A DNA stretch of 64,000 nucleotides from an uncultured Actinomycetota bacterium (GCA_963743915.1 CAVURN010000003.1:1-64000); one strand, 5' to 3'. Positions 40,416-51,853 are shown, numbered from the stretch's first letter. The notes: generated from the sequence alone by a model not told the origin. Program-made: numbers and translations.

Positions 40416-41566
40416 CGCCCGTTCCCCTCGACGTGGACGCACTGCTCGACGACCCGACCACGACCATCCTGGTGTGCTGCGGGTCGGGCGGGGTCGGCAA
40501 GACGACGACCGCCGCCACCCTCGGCGTCCGTGCTGCGCAACGCGGTCGACGCGTGTGCGTCCTCACCATCGACCCGGCACGACGGCTGGCCCAGTCGCTC
40601 GGCCTCGCCCAGCTCGACAACACGCCCCGCGAGGTCACCGGCGTCGGCCGCGACGGCGGCGCGCTCTTCGCCATGATGCTCGACATGAAGCGCACGTTCG
40701 ACGAGATCGTGCAGCAGCACGCCGATCCCGGGCGTGCCCAGCAGATCCTCGAGAACCCGCTGTACCAATCGCTCTCCAGCTCGTTCGCCGGCACCCAGGA
40801 GTACATGGCGATGGAGAAGCTCGGCCAGCTGCACCAGGAGGCGGTCGAGACCGGGGAGTGGGACCTGGTGATCGTGGACACGCCGCCGAGCCGGTCCGCA
40901 CTGGACTTCCTCGACGCGCCCGAGCGGCTGGGCACCTTCCTCGACGGACGCTTCGTGCGCATCCTGCTGGCCCCGGCACGCGCTGGTGGCAAGGCGTACA
41001 TGAAGGTCTTCGGCGGCGCCTTCAGCGTCGTCACCGGCGCCCTGAACAAGATCCTCGGCGCGCAACTGCTGGCCAACCTGCAGACGCTGGTCGCCGGGCT
41101 CGATTCAGTCTTCGGCGGTTTCCGCGAGCGGGCCGAGCGGACCTACGCGCTGCTGCAGGATCCGGGAACCTCATTCCTCGTCATCGCCGCACCGGAGCCC
41201 GATGCGCTGCGCGAGGCGTCCTTCTTCGTCGAACGGCTGCAGCAGGACGCCATGCCGCTCGCGGGGCTGGTGTTCAACCGCGTGCGCACCACCGAGGCAC
41301 CCGACGTCTCGGCGGCGCGTGCCGGGGGTGCAGCGGAAGACCTCGACGAGCGTCGGGAGCACAACCTGACGGCCGCCCTGCTACGGCTGCACGCCGACAC
41401 GATGCGGGTGCGTGACCGCGAGCGTCACCTGCTGGTGCGGTTCACCGGTGCGCACCCCGAGGTGGCGGTCACCACGGCACCGGCGTTGCCGGGTGACGTC
41501 CACGACATCGCAGGGCTGGAACAGATGGGAGTCGCACTGGCTGGCTCCACCGGCCTGCTCGACTAG
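40409..41566 (+). CDS. ArsA/Get3-like ATPase (BagB/Rv3680-like)
   Basis: GSGGVGKTT, TIDPARRLA, DTPPSR. Confidence 0.9.
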   Translation: MVTPVPLDVDALLDDPTTTILVCCGSGGVGKTTTAATLGVRAAQRGRRVCVLTIDPARRLAQSLGLAQLDNTPREVTGVGRDGGALFAMMLDMKRTFDEIVQQHADPGRAQQILENPLYQSLSSSFAGTQEYMAMEKLGQLHQEAVETGEWDLVIVDTPPSRSALDFLDAPERLGTFLDGRFVRILLAPARAGGKAYMKVFGGAFSVVTGALNKILGAQLLANLQTLVAGLDSVFGGFRERAERTYALLQDPGTSFLVIAAPEPDALREASFFVERLQQDAMPLAGLVFNRVRTTEAPDVSAARAGGAAEDLDERREHNLTAALLRLHADTMRVRDRERHLLVRFTGAHPEVAVTTAPALPGDVHDIAGLEQMGVALAGSTGLLD

Positions 41567-41580
41567 AGGTCGCGAGCGGC

Positions 41581-41883
41581 TCAGCTGACGGCGCGGACGT
41601 CGTCGCGCCGTTCGTAGGTCTCCCGGGCGGTCTGCAGCAGGCGCCGCCATGAGGTCACATTGGGACGTCGGCGCAGCAGGGCGCGGCGCTCGCGTTCGGT
41701 CATGCCCCCCCAGACGCCGAACTCGACCTGGTTGTCGAGCGCGTCGGCCAGGCACTCGGTGCGGACCACACAGCCAAGGCAGAGCGCCTTGGCTCGGTTC
41801 TGCGCCGCGCCCTGGACGAAGAGCGCATCCGGATCCGTGGTCCGGCAAGACGCCCGTGCCGACCAGTCCTCGATCCACGCCAT
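41581..41883 (-). CDS. whiB4: WhiB4/WblA Fe-S transcription factor
   Basis: Four Cys, FVQGAAQNRAK, GVWGG; divergent from ponA2. Confidence 0.93.
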   Translation of the reverse strand: MAWIEDWSARASCRTTDPDALFVQGAAQNRAKALCLGCVVRTECLADALDNQVEFGVWGGMTERERRALLRRRPNVTSWRRLLQTARETYERRDDVRAVS

Positions 41884-42173
41884 GTGGTCCCCACCCCCTG
41901 CGGCCGTCCCCTGGCCGCCACGTTGTGTAACTGTCGATCAGCCGTGACGCCCCCGCGTCTCCGCAGATGGTCACACGCTGTGATCGCTGACGGTAGAGAT
42001 CGGGCCCTGTCGGCCGATAGCCCCCGGAAGGGCGAACTCTCCTGGTTCTTTCGAGCTAGAAACACCACCCATCGCCGCAAGGCTGTCACTCAGAGTTACC
42101 ATGCGACTGCGGATGGTGTGCAGTGAGCGGCGTCGGTGCCCGTATTTCCGGTGCTCTCGCCTACCCTGATCCG

Positions 42174-44651
42174 GTGGCAAACCCCTCGTCAGGGGCCGGC
42201 ACGCGGGTCGGCCTCTTCGTCGCGCTGAGCACCGTGGCCGGAGTCCTGGTCGCCGGCCTCGCCCTGCCCGCTGTCGGGCTGGTCGGCCTGACCGCCAAGC
42301 GCACGTCGGAGAACTTCCAGTCGCTCCCGGCATCGCTCAGCATCCCGCCCCTGAAGCAGCGTTCCCGGCTCCTGGCGGCGGACGGCACGGTCATCGCCAC
42401 CTTCTACAGCCAGAACCGGGTGTACGTCCCGATGGACAAGATCGCACCCGTCATGCAGGACGCCATCGTCGCGATCGAGGACGCCCGGTTCTACGAGCAC
42501 AACGGCATCGACGTCAGGGGGACCTTCCGCGCCCTGATCGCCAACACGCAGGCGGGTGAGGTCACCCAGGGGGGGTCGACGATCACCCAGCAGTACGTCA
42601 AGAACGTGCTCGCGGCCACGGCCACGACCAAGGCGGAACGCGAGGCGGCGACCGAGGACTCCATCGGCCGCAAGATTCGTGAGCTGCGGTACGCCCTCGG
42701 ACTCGAGGAGCGGTGGTCGAAGCGGCGGATCCTCGAGGGCTACCTCAACATCGCGTACTACGGCTCCCAGGCGTACGGCATCGAGGTCGCGTCCCAGCGC
42801 TACTTCTCGATCCCCGCTTCCGACCTCAACCCGGGGCAGGCAGCCACGCTCGCCGGGATCGTCAAGTACCCCTCGCTCTACGACCCGCTGGTGAACCCGG
42901 ACCAGAGTGAGGAACGGCGCGATTTCGTCCTGCAGCGGATGGCCGACGAGAACATGATCAGCCAGAAGCAGGCAGACAAGTACCAGAAGCGGCCGCTCGA
43001 GAAGACGCTGGACCCCAGCGACCTCACCCGCGGGTGTGCCGTTTCGCAGGTGCCGTTCTACTGCACGTACGTCGAGGAGTCGTTCCTGTCCGACCCCGCG
43101 TACGGCGCCACACGCGCCGACCGGCGTCGGCTGCTCAACGGTGGTGGACTGACCATCAAGACCACGCTCGACATGGACGACCAGCGCTCCGCCCAGGATG
43201 CCGTCGAGACCTACCTGCCGACCGGCGACCCCAGCGGGCGCGTCGCAGCCATCGCCATGATCGAGCCGGGAACCGGGAATGTCGTCGCGATGGCGCAGAA
43301 CCTCAAGTTCGGCAAGGGACCCGACGCGAGCTTCATCAACAACGCCGTCGACGCGAAGTACTCCGGGACGTCGGGTCAGCAGCCGGGGTCGACCTTCAAG
43401 ATCTTCACCATCGCCGCCGCGATCGAGCAGGGGCTGCCGATGGATGACTTCATCTACTCGCCCTCCTCCCGCGTCTGGCCGTACGGCACCTACAAGAACT
43501 GCGAAGGCGCGTCCCTGGGTGAGTGGAGCATGGGCAACTACGAAGGCGCGCGCTCCGGCAACTTCACCATGTACGAAGGCACCGCGTACTCGATCAACAC
43601 CTACTTCGCCGAGCTCGCGCGGCGCACCGGGCTCTGCAACGTCTGGGACGTTGCGACCCGCGCGGGAGTCACCACCGCGAACACCGGAGAGGCACCGGTC
43701 GACGACACCGAACTGCAGTACGCGCCGGGAGTCATCGGAGGCACCTTCGGCATGTCGCCTCTGACGCTGGCGGAGTCCTACGCCACCTTCGCCGCACGGG
43801 GTCTGCACTGCGAGGCGCGCGCCATCACCGCCGTCCGCACCATCGACAAGCAACAGATCGAGGTGCCCGAGCCAGACTGCGAGCAGGTGATCAAGCCGGA
43901 GGTCGCGGACGCGGTCAACGACGTGATGGTCAGCGTCATCGACGGCAGGGTGTCGAGCCCGACGGGGGCGGCGATGGACATCGGACGTCCCGCCGCAGGC
44001 AAGACCGGAACGACGGACGACTACAACGCGGTCTGGTTCGCCGGCTACACGCCAGATCTCGCGGCCGCCGTCTGGGCCGGGCATCCCGACGCCCCCAAGC
44101 AGTACCCGATGCGCGCGGTCACGATCAACGGCACCTACTACAGCTACGTCTTCGGCAGCTCGCTGCCCGGACCGATCTGGCGGGACGCGATGCTCGGTGC
44201 GCTCGCCGACGTCCCCTTCTCGACGTTCACGCCGCTCAACCCCGAGCTGATCGACGGCGCGACGCTGGGCCTGCCTTCGCTCGCCGGGCTGACACCGCAA
44301 GAGGCGGTCCGCCGGCTCGACGCCCTCGACCTGGTCTCCGAGGTCGCCGACGGCGAGGTGGGCTCCTCCCAGCCGCAGGGGACCGTGGCCTACACGTCTC
44401 CGGGCGCAGGGACCAGCGTGCAGCCCGGTGACACCGTCACGATCTACCTGAGCAACGGGATCGCGCCTCCCCCGCCGCCCGAGGAGAACAACGGCAGCGA
44501 TGACGGCGGTGGGGGCAACGACGGTGGCGGGAGCACCGGCGGTGGGAACGACGGTGGCGGCGGCACCAGTGGTGACGGCGGCGGTGGTGGCGGGAACGAC
44601 GGCCCCGGCAACTCCGACGGCAATCCCGGTGGCGGCAACACCACCAACTGA
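42174..44651 (+). CDS. Class A penicillin-binding protein with PASTA domain (PonA2-like)
   Basis: EDARFYEHNG, GGSTITQQ, RKIRE, STFK, SIN, KTG, PASTA, Gly/Asp/Asn tail. Confidence 0.95.
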   Translation: MANPSSGAGTRVGLFVALSTVAGVLVAGLALPAVGLVGLTAKRTSENFQSLPASLSIPPLKQRSRLLAADGTVIATFYSQNRVYVPMDKIAPVMQDAIVAIEDARFYEHNGIDVRGTFRALIANTQAGEVTQGGSTITQQYVKNVLAATATTKAEREAATEDSIGRKIRELRYALGLEERWSKRRILEGYLNIAYYGSQAYGIEVASQRYFSIPASDLNPGQAATLAGIVKYPSLYDPLVNPDQSEERRDFVLQRMADENMISQKQADKYQKRPLEKTLDPSDLTRGCAVSQVPFYCTYVEESFLSDPAYGATRADRRRLLNGGGLTIKTTLDMDDQRSAQDAVETYLPTGDPSGRVAAIAMIEPGTGNVVAMAQNLKFGKGPDASFINNAVDAKYSGTSGQQPGSTFKIFTIAAAIEQGLPMDDFIYSPSSRVWPYGTYKNCEGASLGEWSMGNYEGARSGNFTMYEGTAYSINTYFAELARRTGLCNVWDVATRAGVTTANTGEAPVDDTELQYAPGVIGGTFGMSPLTLAESYATFAARGLHCEARAITAVRTIDKQQIEVPEPDCEQVIKPEVADAVNDVMVSVIDGRVSSPTGAAMDIGRPAAGKTGTTDDYNAVWFAGYTPDLAAAVWAGHPDAPKQYPMRAVTINGTYYSYVFGSSLPGPIWRDAMLGALADVPFSTFTPLNPELIDGATLGLPSLAGLTPQEAVRRLDALDLVSEVADGEVGSSQPQGTVAYTSPGAGTSVQPGDTVTIYLSNGIAPPPPPEENNGSDDGGGGNDGGGSTGGGNDGGGGTSGDGGGGGGNDGPGNSDGNPGGGNTTN

Positions 44652-44656
44652 GGCTC

Positions 44657-44700
44657 GCCGAGTGTCCCTCTGGAAGAGGTCACCGCTCGCCGAGTGTGCC
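44657..44700 (+). repeat. Two 32-bp-period repeats (GCCGAGTGT head)
   Basis: GCCGAGTGT at 44657 and 44689. Confidence 0.7.
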
Positions 44701-44715
44701 CCTACTGTGGTGACG

Positions 44716-45396
44716 ATGAACCCTTCGACAGCCGGTGCCCAGCTGGTCAGCGTCAACCTTGCAGTCGTCAGGGACAACCCTTTCAAGTCATCGACTCGTA
44801 CCGGCATCGACAAGCAGCCGACCGAGGACGCCGTGGAGGTACGTGCGCCAGGCTCCAAGGCACACGGACTCGGCAGTGGACTCGTCGGTGACTTCATCGG
44901 CGACCGACGTCACCACGGCGGTGACGACCAGGCGATCTATGCGTACGCGATGGAAGACCTGCAGTGGTGGGCCGACGAGCTCGGCCGCACGCTGTCGGCC
45001 GGGCAGTTCGGCGAGAACCTCACCACGTCCGGCCTGGACGTCAACGGAGCACGGATCGGGGAACGTTGGAGGATCGGTTCGGACGTCCAGCTGCAGGTGA
45101 CCGACCCGCGATTGCCCTGTGCCACCTTCCGCGGCTGGATGAATCGCGCCGGATGGCTGAAGGACTTCACCGCTGCCGGACGTCCCGGCACCTATCTGAG
45201 GGTGCTGTCACCCGGCTTGATCCGTCGCGGCGACACCGTGGTGATCGAGCGCCCGACGCACGACGTCACGGTTGCCCTGGTGTTTCGCGCGCTGACCACA
45301 GAACCCGAACTGCTGCCGAAGATTCTCGAGGCGCCCGAGCTGCCGGAGGAGACGCGACAGATGGCGGAAGAGAGACGCACCTTCAGCCTCGGGTGA
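44716..45396 (+). CDS. MOSC domain protein (YiiM-like)
   Basis: TGIDK, HHGG, FGENLT, PRLPC, GRPGTYLRV. Confidence 0.9.
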   Translation: MNPSTAGAQLVSVNLAVVRDNPFKSSTRTGIDKQPTEDAVEVRAPGSKAHGLGSGLVGDFIGDRRHHGGDDQAIYAYAMEDLQWWADELGRTLSAGQFGENLTTSGLDVNGARIGERWRIGSDVQLQVTDPRLPCATFRGWMNRAGWLKDFTAAGRPGTYLRVLSPGLIRRGDTVVIERPTHDVTVALVFRALTTEPELLPKILEAPELPEETRQMAEERRTFSLG

Positions 45397-45457
45397 ACGG
45401 CTGCTGAAAGTGAGAGGTCCCGGGACACCCTCACGATGTCCCGGGACTCGACACGCG

Positions 45458-45531
<74 letters not shown>

Positions 45532-45541
45532 CAAAGCCTGG

Positions 45542-46465
45542 TCAGCCTACCGAACCGCCGGCATCCCCCGGAAATCGACCATCCGATCGCGGTACGAGGG
45601 TGAGCAGGGTCGCCTCGGGTGGGCACGCGAAGCGGATCGGCGCGGTCGGCGAGGTGCCGAGACCGGCGGACACGTGGAGCCAGGAACCCGCGCGACGATG
45701 CAACCCCTTGGCCTGCGAGACCGGGAGGTCGCAGTTGGTGACCAGGGCGCCATAGCCCGGAACGCAGAGCTGCCCGCCGTGCGTGTGCCCTGCCAGAATC
45801 AGTTGCACACCGTCGCCGGCCATCGCGTCCACAACGCGCAGATAGGGAGCGTGCGTCACCCCCACGTGGAGGACGCCGTCCTGTGGCGCACGGTAGGGAA
45901 CGTCGGCATATCGGTCGAGACCCAGGTGCGGGTCGTCGGTGCCCACGAAGGCGATGGACAGGTCCCGAACCTTCAGGTCACCCGCGGCGTTGTCGAGGTC
46001 GATCCACCCCCGGGCGAGGAACCCGTCACGCAGGTCTCGCCAGGGAAGGGGGTCACCGAAGACGCGCCCTCCGGAGTCGGGCAGCAGGTACCGGCCCGGG
46101 TTCTTCCACACCGGGCCGTAGTAGTCGTTCGACCCCATCACGAAGACGCCCGGGACATCGAGCAGCGGCTCAAGAGCATCGAGGGCTGTCGGCACGGCAT
46201 CGGGGTGGGCGATGTTGTCGCCCGTGTCGACGACGAGGTCCGGTTCAAGCGCAGCCAGGCGTCGCACCCATGCGGCTCGCCCTCGGTTGCGGGGCGTGAG
46301 ATGCATGTCCGACAGATGCAGGACGCGGAGCGGTTCAGCACCCGGCTCGAGCACGGGCACCGTCACCCGACGGAGGCGGTACTGGTGGGCCTCCCACAGC
46401 GCGTACGACACCCCCGCGACCTTGAGCGCGGCCAGCGCGGCGAGCGCGGTTCGGGTACGGGACAC
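45542..46465 (-). CDS. Metallophosphoesterase (Rv3683-like)
   Basis: SDMH, TGDN, GSNDY, AGHTHGGQ. Confidence 0.92.
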   Translation of the reverse strand: MSRTRTALAALAALKVAGVSYALWEAHQYRLRRVTVPVLEPGAEPLRVLHLSDMHLTPRNRGRAAWVRRLAALEPDLVVDTGDNIAHPDAVPTALDALEPLLDVPGVFVMGSNDYYGPVWKNPGRYLLPDSGGRVFGDPLPWRDLRDGFLARGWIDLDNAAGDLKVRDLSIAFVGTDDPHLGLDRYADVPYRAPQDGVLHVGVTHAPYLRVVDAMAGDGVQLILAGHTHGGQLCVPGYGALVTNCDLPVSQAKGLHRRAGSWLHVSAGLGTSPTAPIRFACPPEATLLTLVPRSDGRFPGDAGGSVG

Positions 46466-46509
46466 GGCACCCAGTGTGTCACCAGTCTCCGGTGCGAGAG
46501 GATGGAGCC

Positions 46510-46962
46510 ATGAGTCTCAAGGAGCAGCTGCACGCCGACCTCACCGACGCCATGCGGGCCAAGGACGAGGTGCGCAGATCGACGCTGCGCATGGTGCTCA
46601 CTGCCATCACGACCGAGGAGGTCGCCGGCAAGCAGGCGCGTGAGCTCTCCGACGACGAGGTGCAGAAGGTGCTTGCCCGCGAGCTCAAGAAGCGCAAGGA
46701 AGCAGCCACCGCCTTCACCGATGCTGGACACTCAGACCGAGCAGCGTCCGAGCTCGCCGAGGCTGCGGTGATCGAGGGCTACCTTCCGGCACAGCTGTCC
46801 GACGAGGAGCTGTCGGCGCTGGTGAGCTCCACGATCGAAGAGACAGGGGCATCCGGGCCGCAAGCCATGGGACAGGTGATGAAAGCGGTCCAACCCCGAG
46901 TAGCGGGTCGGGCCGACGGCGGACGCGTCGCGGCGGAGGTCAAGCGCCAGCTCGCGTCCTGA
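46510..46962 (+). CDS. GatB/YqeY domain protein
   Basis: LTDAMRAKD, YLPAQLS, MGQVMK..GRADG. Confidence 0.92.
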   Translation: MSLKEQLHADLTDAMRAKDEVRRSTLRMVLTAITTEEVAGKQARELSDDEVQKVLARELKKRKEAATAFTDAGHSDRAASELAEAAVIEGYLPAQLSDEELSALVSSTIEETGASGPQAMGQVMKAVQPRVAGRADGGRVAAEVKRQLAS

Positions 46963-46968
46963 CGACCA

Positions 46969-47008
46969 CACTCGACGCGCCTGGACGTCACCCAGGGGGA
47001 CACTCGGC
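46969..47008 (-). repeat. Two 32-bp-period repeats (G[T/C]CGAGTGT head)
   Basis: CACTCGAC at 46969 and CACTCGGC at 47001. Confidence 0.7.
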
Positions 47009-47015
47009 GGCCGGC

Positions 47016-48071
47016 TCAGCCTGCTGTCAGCTCCGCGGCCACCACTTCGGCGATCTGGGCAGTGTTGAGAGCCGCCCCCTTGCGGAGGTTGTCCCCGCAC
47101 ACGAAGAGGTCGAGTGCGTGCGGGTCGTCCACGGAGCGACGCACCCGCCCGACCCACGTGGGGTCGGTGCCCACCACGTCGTTCGGCGTCGGGAACTCCC
47201 CAGCTGCCGGGTCGTCGACGAGCACCACACCCTCGGCCTCGCGCAGGACCGCGTGAGCCTGACGCTGGTCGACCTCTTGCGCAAACCGTGCGTGCACCGC
47301 GAGCGAGTGTGTGGTGATGACCGGGACGCGGACACAGGTGGCGGAGACACGGAGGTTCTTCAGCCCCAGGATCTTGCGCGACTCGTTGCGCACCTTGAGC
47401 TCTTCGCTGCTCCACCCGTCGTCCTTCAGCGAGCCTGCCCAGGGCACCACGTTCATCGCCAGCGGCGCCGGGAATGGCCCGGTGTCCCCCACGATGCCGC
47501 GAAGGTCCCCTGCGCGGTTGCCGGCATCGGGGGAAGCCGCCACCTTCGCGTACTGGTCGCGAAGCGTGTCGATTCCCGCCTGGCCGGCACCGGACGCCGC
47601 CTGGTACGACGCGACGACGAGCTCCTCGAGACCGAACTCGCGATGAAGCGCACCCATGGCGACGATCATCGACAGCGTCGTGCAGTTCGGGTTGCTGATG
47701 ATCCCCTTCGGCCGCAGCTTCGCAGCCGCGGCATTGACCTCCGGCACCACCAGCGGCACGTCGGGATCCATCCGGAAGGCACCGGAGTTGTCCACCGCCA
47801 CCGCCCCACGAGCGGCAGCGACGGGCGCCCACTCGGCGGAGACCTCGTCCGGCACGTCGAACATCGCGATGTCCACGCCGTCGAAGACCTCTGGTGCCAG
47901 CGCCTGCACGACGACGTCCTGGCCCCGCACCTGCAGCACCTTGCCCGCTGAACGGGCTGACGCCACCAGACGGATCTCACCCCACACGTCCTCGCGCGAG
48001 CTGAGGATGTCGAGCATCACCGTGCCGACGGCCCCCGTGGCACCGACCACGGCAAGCGTTGGCTTGCTCAT
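47016..48071 (-). CDS. asd: Aspartate-semialdehyde dehydrogenase
   Basis: [25 protein letters not shown]. Confidence 0.97.
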   Translation of the reverse strand: MSKPTLAVVGATGAVGTVMLDILSSREDVWGEIRLVASARSAGKVLQVRGQDVVVQALAPEVFDGVDIAMFDVPDEVSAEWAPVAAARGAVAVDNSGAFRMDPDVPLVVPEVNAAAAKLRPKGIISNPNCTTLSMIVAMGALHREFGLEELVVASYQAASGAGQAGIDTLRDQYAKVAASPDAGNRAGDLRGIVGDTGPFPAPLAMNVVPWAGSLKDDGWSSEELKVRNESRKILGLKNLRVSATCVRVPVITTHSLAVHARFAQEVDQRQAHAVLREAEGVVLVDDPAAGEFPTPNDVVGTDPTWVGRVRRSVDDPHALDLFVCGDNLRKGAALNTAQIAEVVAAELTAG

Positions 48072-49354
48072 CGTCCCGTCCCTCCGTAGACCACGGCCTC
48101 TTCCTGGGCGTCGTCGAGTCCGAACGCGGTGTGGATGGCAGCGACCGCCGCATCGAGCGCGTCGGCGCGGGTGATGACCGAGATTCGGATCTCCGAGGTC
48201 GAGATCATCTCGACGTTGACCCCGGCGTTGGAGAGCGCACGGAAGAAGGTTGCGGAGATGCCGGCGTTCGTGCGCATGCCTGCACCGACCAGGGACACCT
48301 TGCCGATCTGGTCGTCGACCCGAAGGTCGGTGAAGCCGATGGCGTCCTTGCTGCGTTCCAGCGCAGCCACCGCGTGCCCCGTGTCGTCGTGCGGCATCGT
48401 GAAGGAGATGTCAGTGCGCGCGGTCGCAGCCGTGGACACGTTCTGCACGATCATGTCGATGTTGACCTCGGCGTCCGCGAGCGCCTCGAAGATCATGGCT
48501 GCCTCGCCGGGCTTGTCCGGGACGCCGACCACGGTCACCTTGGCCTCGCTGCGGTCGTGTGCGACGCCCGAGATGATCGGCTGCTCCACGGTTTCTCCCT
48601 TGCTGGTGGGGATGGCGGACGGGTCGGCAACCACCCAGGTGCCCTCGCGTCGGCTGAACGACGAGCGCACGTGGATGGGCAAGGCGTAGCGACGCGCGTA
48701 CTCGACGCACCGAAGGTGCAGGACCTTCGCGCCGGCCGCCGCGAACTCGAGCATCTCCTCGTATGTGATGTAGGACAGACGCCGCGCGGAAGGGACGATG
48801 CGGGGGTCGGCACTGAAGACACCGTCGACATCGGTGTAGATCTCGCACACCTCGGCATCGAGCGCGGCTGCGAGCGCCACCGCAGTGGTGTCGGACCCGC
48901 CCCGTCCCAGGGTGGTGATGTCCTTGGTGTCGGGGCTGACTCCCTGGAAGCCGGCGACGATGGCGACCGCGCCTTCGTCGAGGGCGCCCTGGATGCGACC
49001 CGGAGTGATGTTGATGATGCGCGCCTTGCCGTGCGACGACGTGGTGATGACACCAGCCTGGCTCCCGGTGAAGGAGCGGGCCTCGACGCCCAGATCGGTG
49101 ATGGCCATCGCCAGGAGCGCCATCGAGATGCGCTCGCCGGCCGTCAGGAGCATGTCGAGCTCGCGGCCCGGCGGCATCGGTGACACCTGCTCGGCGAGGT
49201 CGATCAGCTCATCGGTGGTGTCACCCATGGCCGACACGACGACGCACACGTCGTGGCCCGCCTTCTTGGCTTCGACGATGCGAGTCGCGACCCGCTTGAT
49301 GCTGGTGGCATCCGCGACGCTGGAACCGCCGTACTTCTGGACGACGAGCCCCAC
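48068..49354 (-). CDS. lysC: Aspartate kinase
   Basis: [17 protein letters not shown], two ACT domains. Confidence 0.97.
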   Translation of the reverse strand: MGLVVQKYGGSSVADATSIKRVATRIVEAKKAGHDVCVVVSAMGDTTDELIDLAEQVSPMPPGRELDMLLTAGERISMALLAMAITDLGVEARSFTGSQAGVITTSSHGKARIINITPGRIQGALDEGAVAIVAGFQGVSPDTKDITTLGRGGSDTTAVALAAALDAEVCEIYTDVDGVFSADPRIVPSARRLSYITYEEMLEFAAAGAKVLHLRCVEYARRYALPIHVRSSFSRREGTWVVADPSAIPTSKGETVEQPIISGVAHDRSEAKVTVVGVPDKPGEAAMIFEALADAEVNIDMIVQNVSTAATARTDISFTMPHDDTGHAVAALERSKDAIGFTDLRVDDQIGKVSLVGAGMRTNAGISATFFRALSNAGVNVEMISTSEIRISVITRADALDAAVAAIHTAFGLDDAQEEAVVYGGTGR

Positions 49355-49474
49355 GACACTGTCCTTCCCCGGTCCCACCGTGCGCAGCACCGGAGCGGAC
49401 AGTCTACCGAGGGGCCTTCAGCCGCCCCGATATCCGTGGTCTCCACTCGTCCACCCGCCTCGTACAGTGGAACG

Positions 49475-50224
49475 GTGACCCCGTCAGCCACCCTCCGCGC
49501 CGTCGCCGGGGTCCTGACCGCCTCGGCGCTGCTGCTCACGGGGTGCACCTCATCGGAGCCGGAGCCAGCGGCGTCCCCCACGCCGTCCCCTTCGGTCTCG
49601 GCGACGTCGACGCCACGGGAGCTGACGGCAGCGGAACGCGCGCAACAGCTCTCGGCGTTGGCTCCCGACGGGTTCAAGGCCTCGTACCGCCTCACGACGC
49701 GCCGAAACCTGCCCGATGCCAAGGTGCTCATGCGCGTCCTCGGTGAGCGCTTCCGACTCGATGTCACTCGCGGGCGGACCACCGCGGTGCTGGCCTACGG
49801 GCGACGCGGTGTCGTCTCGTGCCGGATCCGGGAGCCGAAGACGAAGAATGACCGCGTCCAACGAGCTTGCTTCTTGGTCGCCAAGACCCCGCGGCAGCTG
49901 CCCGCCCTGTTCGACCCAGGAATCCAGCGTCTCTTCCGCACCACCACTCTTGCGCTCTCCCGCGGCGGCAAGCAGGTCACGGTCCGGCGCGACGGGACGT
50001 GGAAGGCACCGCACGGGCTTGGTGTCGCCGAGTGTTTCGCGGTGCGTGGTGAGCGCGTGGAACGTGGCACGTACTGCTACCTGGCCGAGCCCGGTCCGAA
50101 CATCGGGCTGCTCGCGCGCGCGGTGTTCCCCAGCGGCACCCTCGAGCTGCGTGACGTGAGCCGGGCACTGCGCCAGGGAGCGTTTCGGCCACCGGTGCGT
50201 CCCACGCCGTTGCCGACCGGCTGA
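49475..50224 (+). CDS. Hypothetical basic lipoprotein
   Basis: LLLTGC lipobox, Pro/Ser linker; TACAGT -10 just upstream suggests a leaderless mRNA. Confidence 0.65.
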   Translation: MTPSATLRAVAGVLTASALLLTGCTSSEPEPAASPTPSPSVSATSTPRELTAAERAQQLSALAPDGFKASYRLTTRRNLPDAKVLMRVLGERFRLDVTRGRTTAVLAYGRRGVVSCRIREPKTKNDRVQRACFLVAKTPRQLPALFDPGIQRLFRTTTLALSRGGKQVTVRRDGTWKAPHGLGVAECFAVRGERVERGTYCYLAEPGPNIGLLARAVFPSGTLELRDVSRALRQGAFRPPVRPTPLPTG

Positions 50225-50232
50225 CGCTGGAT

Positions 50233-50781
50233 CTAGTGGTCGGCGCCGGCGTCGAGCCGGGTGTGCGCGACCGCCGAGTGCAGCGCGCGAAGAGCCGAGC
50301 TCGCGGTCGAGCCCCAGTTCGCCAGGTACGAGTACTGCCACCACCACAACGCCTCGTCGAAACGGCCCGCCTTGTAGTGGGCCAGACCGTGGTAGAGGTC
50401 CGCAGCGACGTCAGAGATGTCGTCCGACAGCCGGGAGCTGACCACCTCTCCGTCGCGGACGTACGGGTCGAACACCTCCACGTACTCGTCAGCGGGTCCC
50501 AGCAGCTCGGCGAGCCTCTCGCGCAACCCGTCCGCGTCCGGGTCGATGCCGGCGTCCGGCTCGAAGCGCTCACTGGGCACGACGTCCACGACCGCTCCGA
50601 GGCGTCCGCCGGCCAGCAGCAGCTGCGAGACCTCGAGCAGCAGCATCGACAAGGTGCCACCCGGGAAGTCGCCACGGGCGACCGCACCGAGGGCGATCAG
50701 GAAGCTCTCGACCTGGTCGGCGATGTCAGCGGCGAACTCGTCGACGTCGTCGGACTGCCGGTTGCCGTTGTCGCTGCTCAC
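50233..50781 (-). CDS. DUF5063 protein
   Basis: LLLEVSQLLLAGGRLGA, ALWWWQYSY; follows recR. Confidence 0.85.
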   Translation of the reverse strand: MSSDNGNRQSDDVDEFAADIADQVESFLIALGAVARGDFPGGTLSMLLLEVSQLLLAGGRLGAVVDVVPSERFEPDAGIDPDADGLRERLAELLGPADEYVEVFDPYVRDGEVVSSRLSDDISDVAADLYHGLAHYKAGRFDEALWWWQYSYLANWGSTASSALRALHSAVAHTRLDAGADH

Positions 50782-50826
50782 CGTTCCACCTCTTCGTCGT
50801 CTGCGTGCGCACGCCGGGCGTCCTGT

Positions 50827-51426
50827 CTACACCTCGAGGCTCCGCCGCCCCTCGAAGGCGCGCCCGAGGGTGACTTCGTCCGCGTACTCGAGGTCTCCGC
50901 CCACCGGCAGGCCACTGGCCAGCCGTGAGACGGTCAGCCCCATCGGTTTGACCAGCCGGGCGAGGTAGGTCGCCGTGGCCTCGCCCTCGAGGTTGGGATC
51001 GGTGGCGATGATCAGCTCGGTCACGGTGCCGTCCGCGAGGCGGGTCATGAGCTCCTTGACCCGGAGGTCGTCCGGGCCGATGCCCTCGATCGGGCTGATC
51101 GCCCCACCGAGCACGTGGTAGCGACCGCGGAACTCCCGGGTCCGCTCGACGGCGACGACGTCCTTGGGCTCCTCGACCACGCAGATGACGGCCGGCTCGC
51201 GCCGCGGGTCGAGGCAGATCCGGCACTCGTCGGCCTCGGCCACGTTGCCGCAGGTACGGCAGAACCGGACCTTCGCCTTGACCTCGAGCAGCACCTCCGC
51301 GAGCCGGCGCACGTCAGCGGGTTCTGCCGCGAGCAGGTGGAAGGCGATCCGCTGCGCGGACTTCGGCCCGACCCCGGGGAGCCGGCCGAGCTCGTCGATG
51401 AGGTCCTGGACCACGCCCTCGTACAT
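50827..51426 (-). CDS. recR: Recombination protein RecR
   Basis: [12 protein letters not shown]4 zinc finger, Toprim domain. Confidence 0.97.
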   Translation of the reverse strand: MYEGVVQDLIDELGRLPGVGPKSAQRIAFHLLAAEPADVRRLAEVLLEVKAKVRFCRTCGNVAEADECRICLDPRREPAVICVVEEPKDVVAVERTREFRGRYHVLGGAISPIEGIGPDDLRVKELMTRLADGTVTELIIATDPNLEGEATATYLARLVKPMGLTVSRLASGLPVGGDLEYADEVTLGRAFEGRRSLEV

Positions 51427-51430
51427 GCGC

Positions 51431-51769
51431 CTAGCCCCCGAGGCCCAGCTGTCCGAGGGGGCCGTCGAGGCCGCCCGCGAGCGGCCCCATGGCTTGCTGC
51501 TGACGCGCTGCCGCCTGCGCGGACGCGTCGCGGTAGGCCGCGAGGACCAGGTCGGCGAGGGTCTCGGTGTCGTCGGGATCCACCGCCTCGGGCGCGATGG
51601 CGAGGGCCACCAGCTCGCCGCCCCCGGTGACGGTCGCACTCACCAGGCCACCCCCGGACTGGCCGCTGATCCGCTCCGCAGCGAGCTCCTGCTGGGCCAG
51701 CGCCAGCTGGGCCTGCATCTGTTGGGCCTGGGCGAGCAGCCCGGACAGGTCGGGCATGCCGTCGGTCAT
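51431..51769 (-). CDS. YbaB/EbfC nucleoid-associated protein
   Basis: [25 protein letters not shown]. Confidence 0.93.
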   Translation of the reverse strand: MTDGMPDLSGLLAQAQQMQAQLALAQQELAAERISGQSGGGLVSATVTGGGELVALAIAPEAVDPDDTETLADLVLAAYRDASAQAAARQQQAMGPLAGGLDGPLGQLGLGG

Positions 51770-51853
51770 CGGGGCGCCTTTCGTGGGACATCCGGGAGGA
51801 GCGGGTCCAGCCTACGTCGCAGCACCGACGCCGCATCGGACGCGCAGGCGGGC

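Noticed and set aside
44490-44645. GGCGGT-rich repeats at the end of ponA2
   Set aside because: Low-complexity Gly/Asp/Asn tail typical of actinobacterial class A PBPs.
45415-45450. GTCCCGGGAC double palindrome after tRNA-Pro as an att site
   Set aside because: No duplicated tRNA 3' end and no integrase; best read as a terminator hairpin between convergent transcripts.
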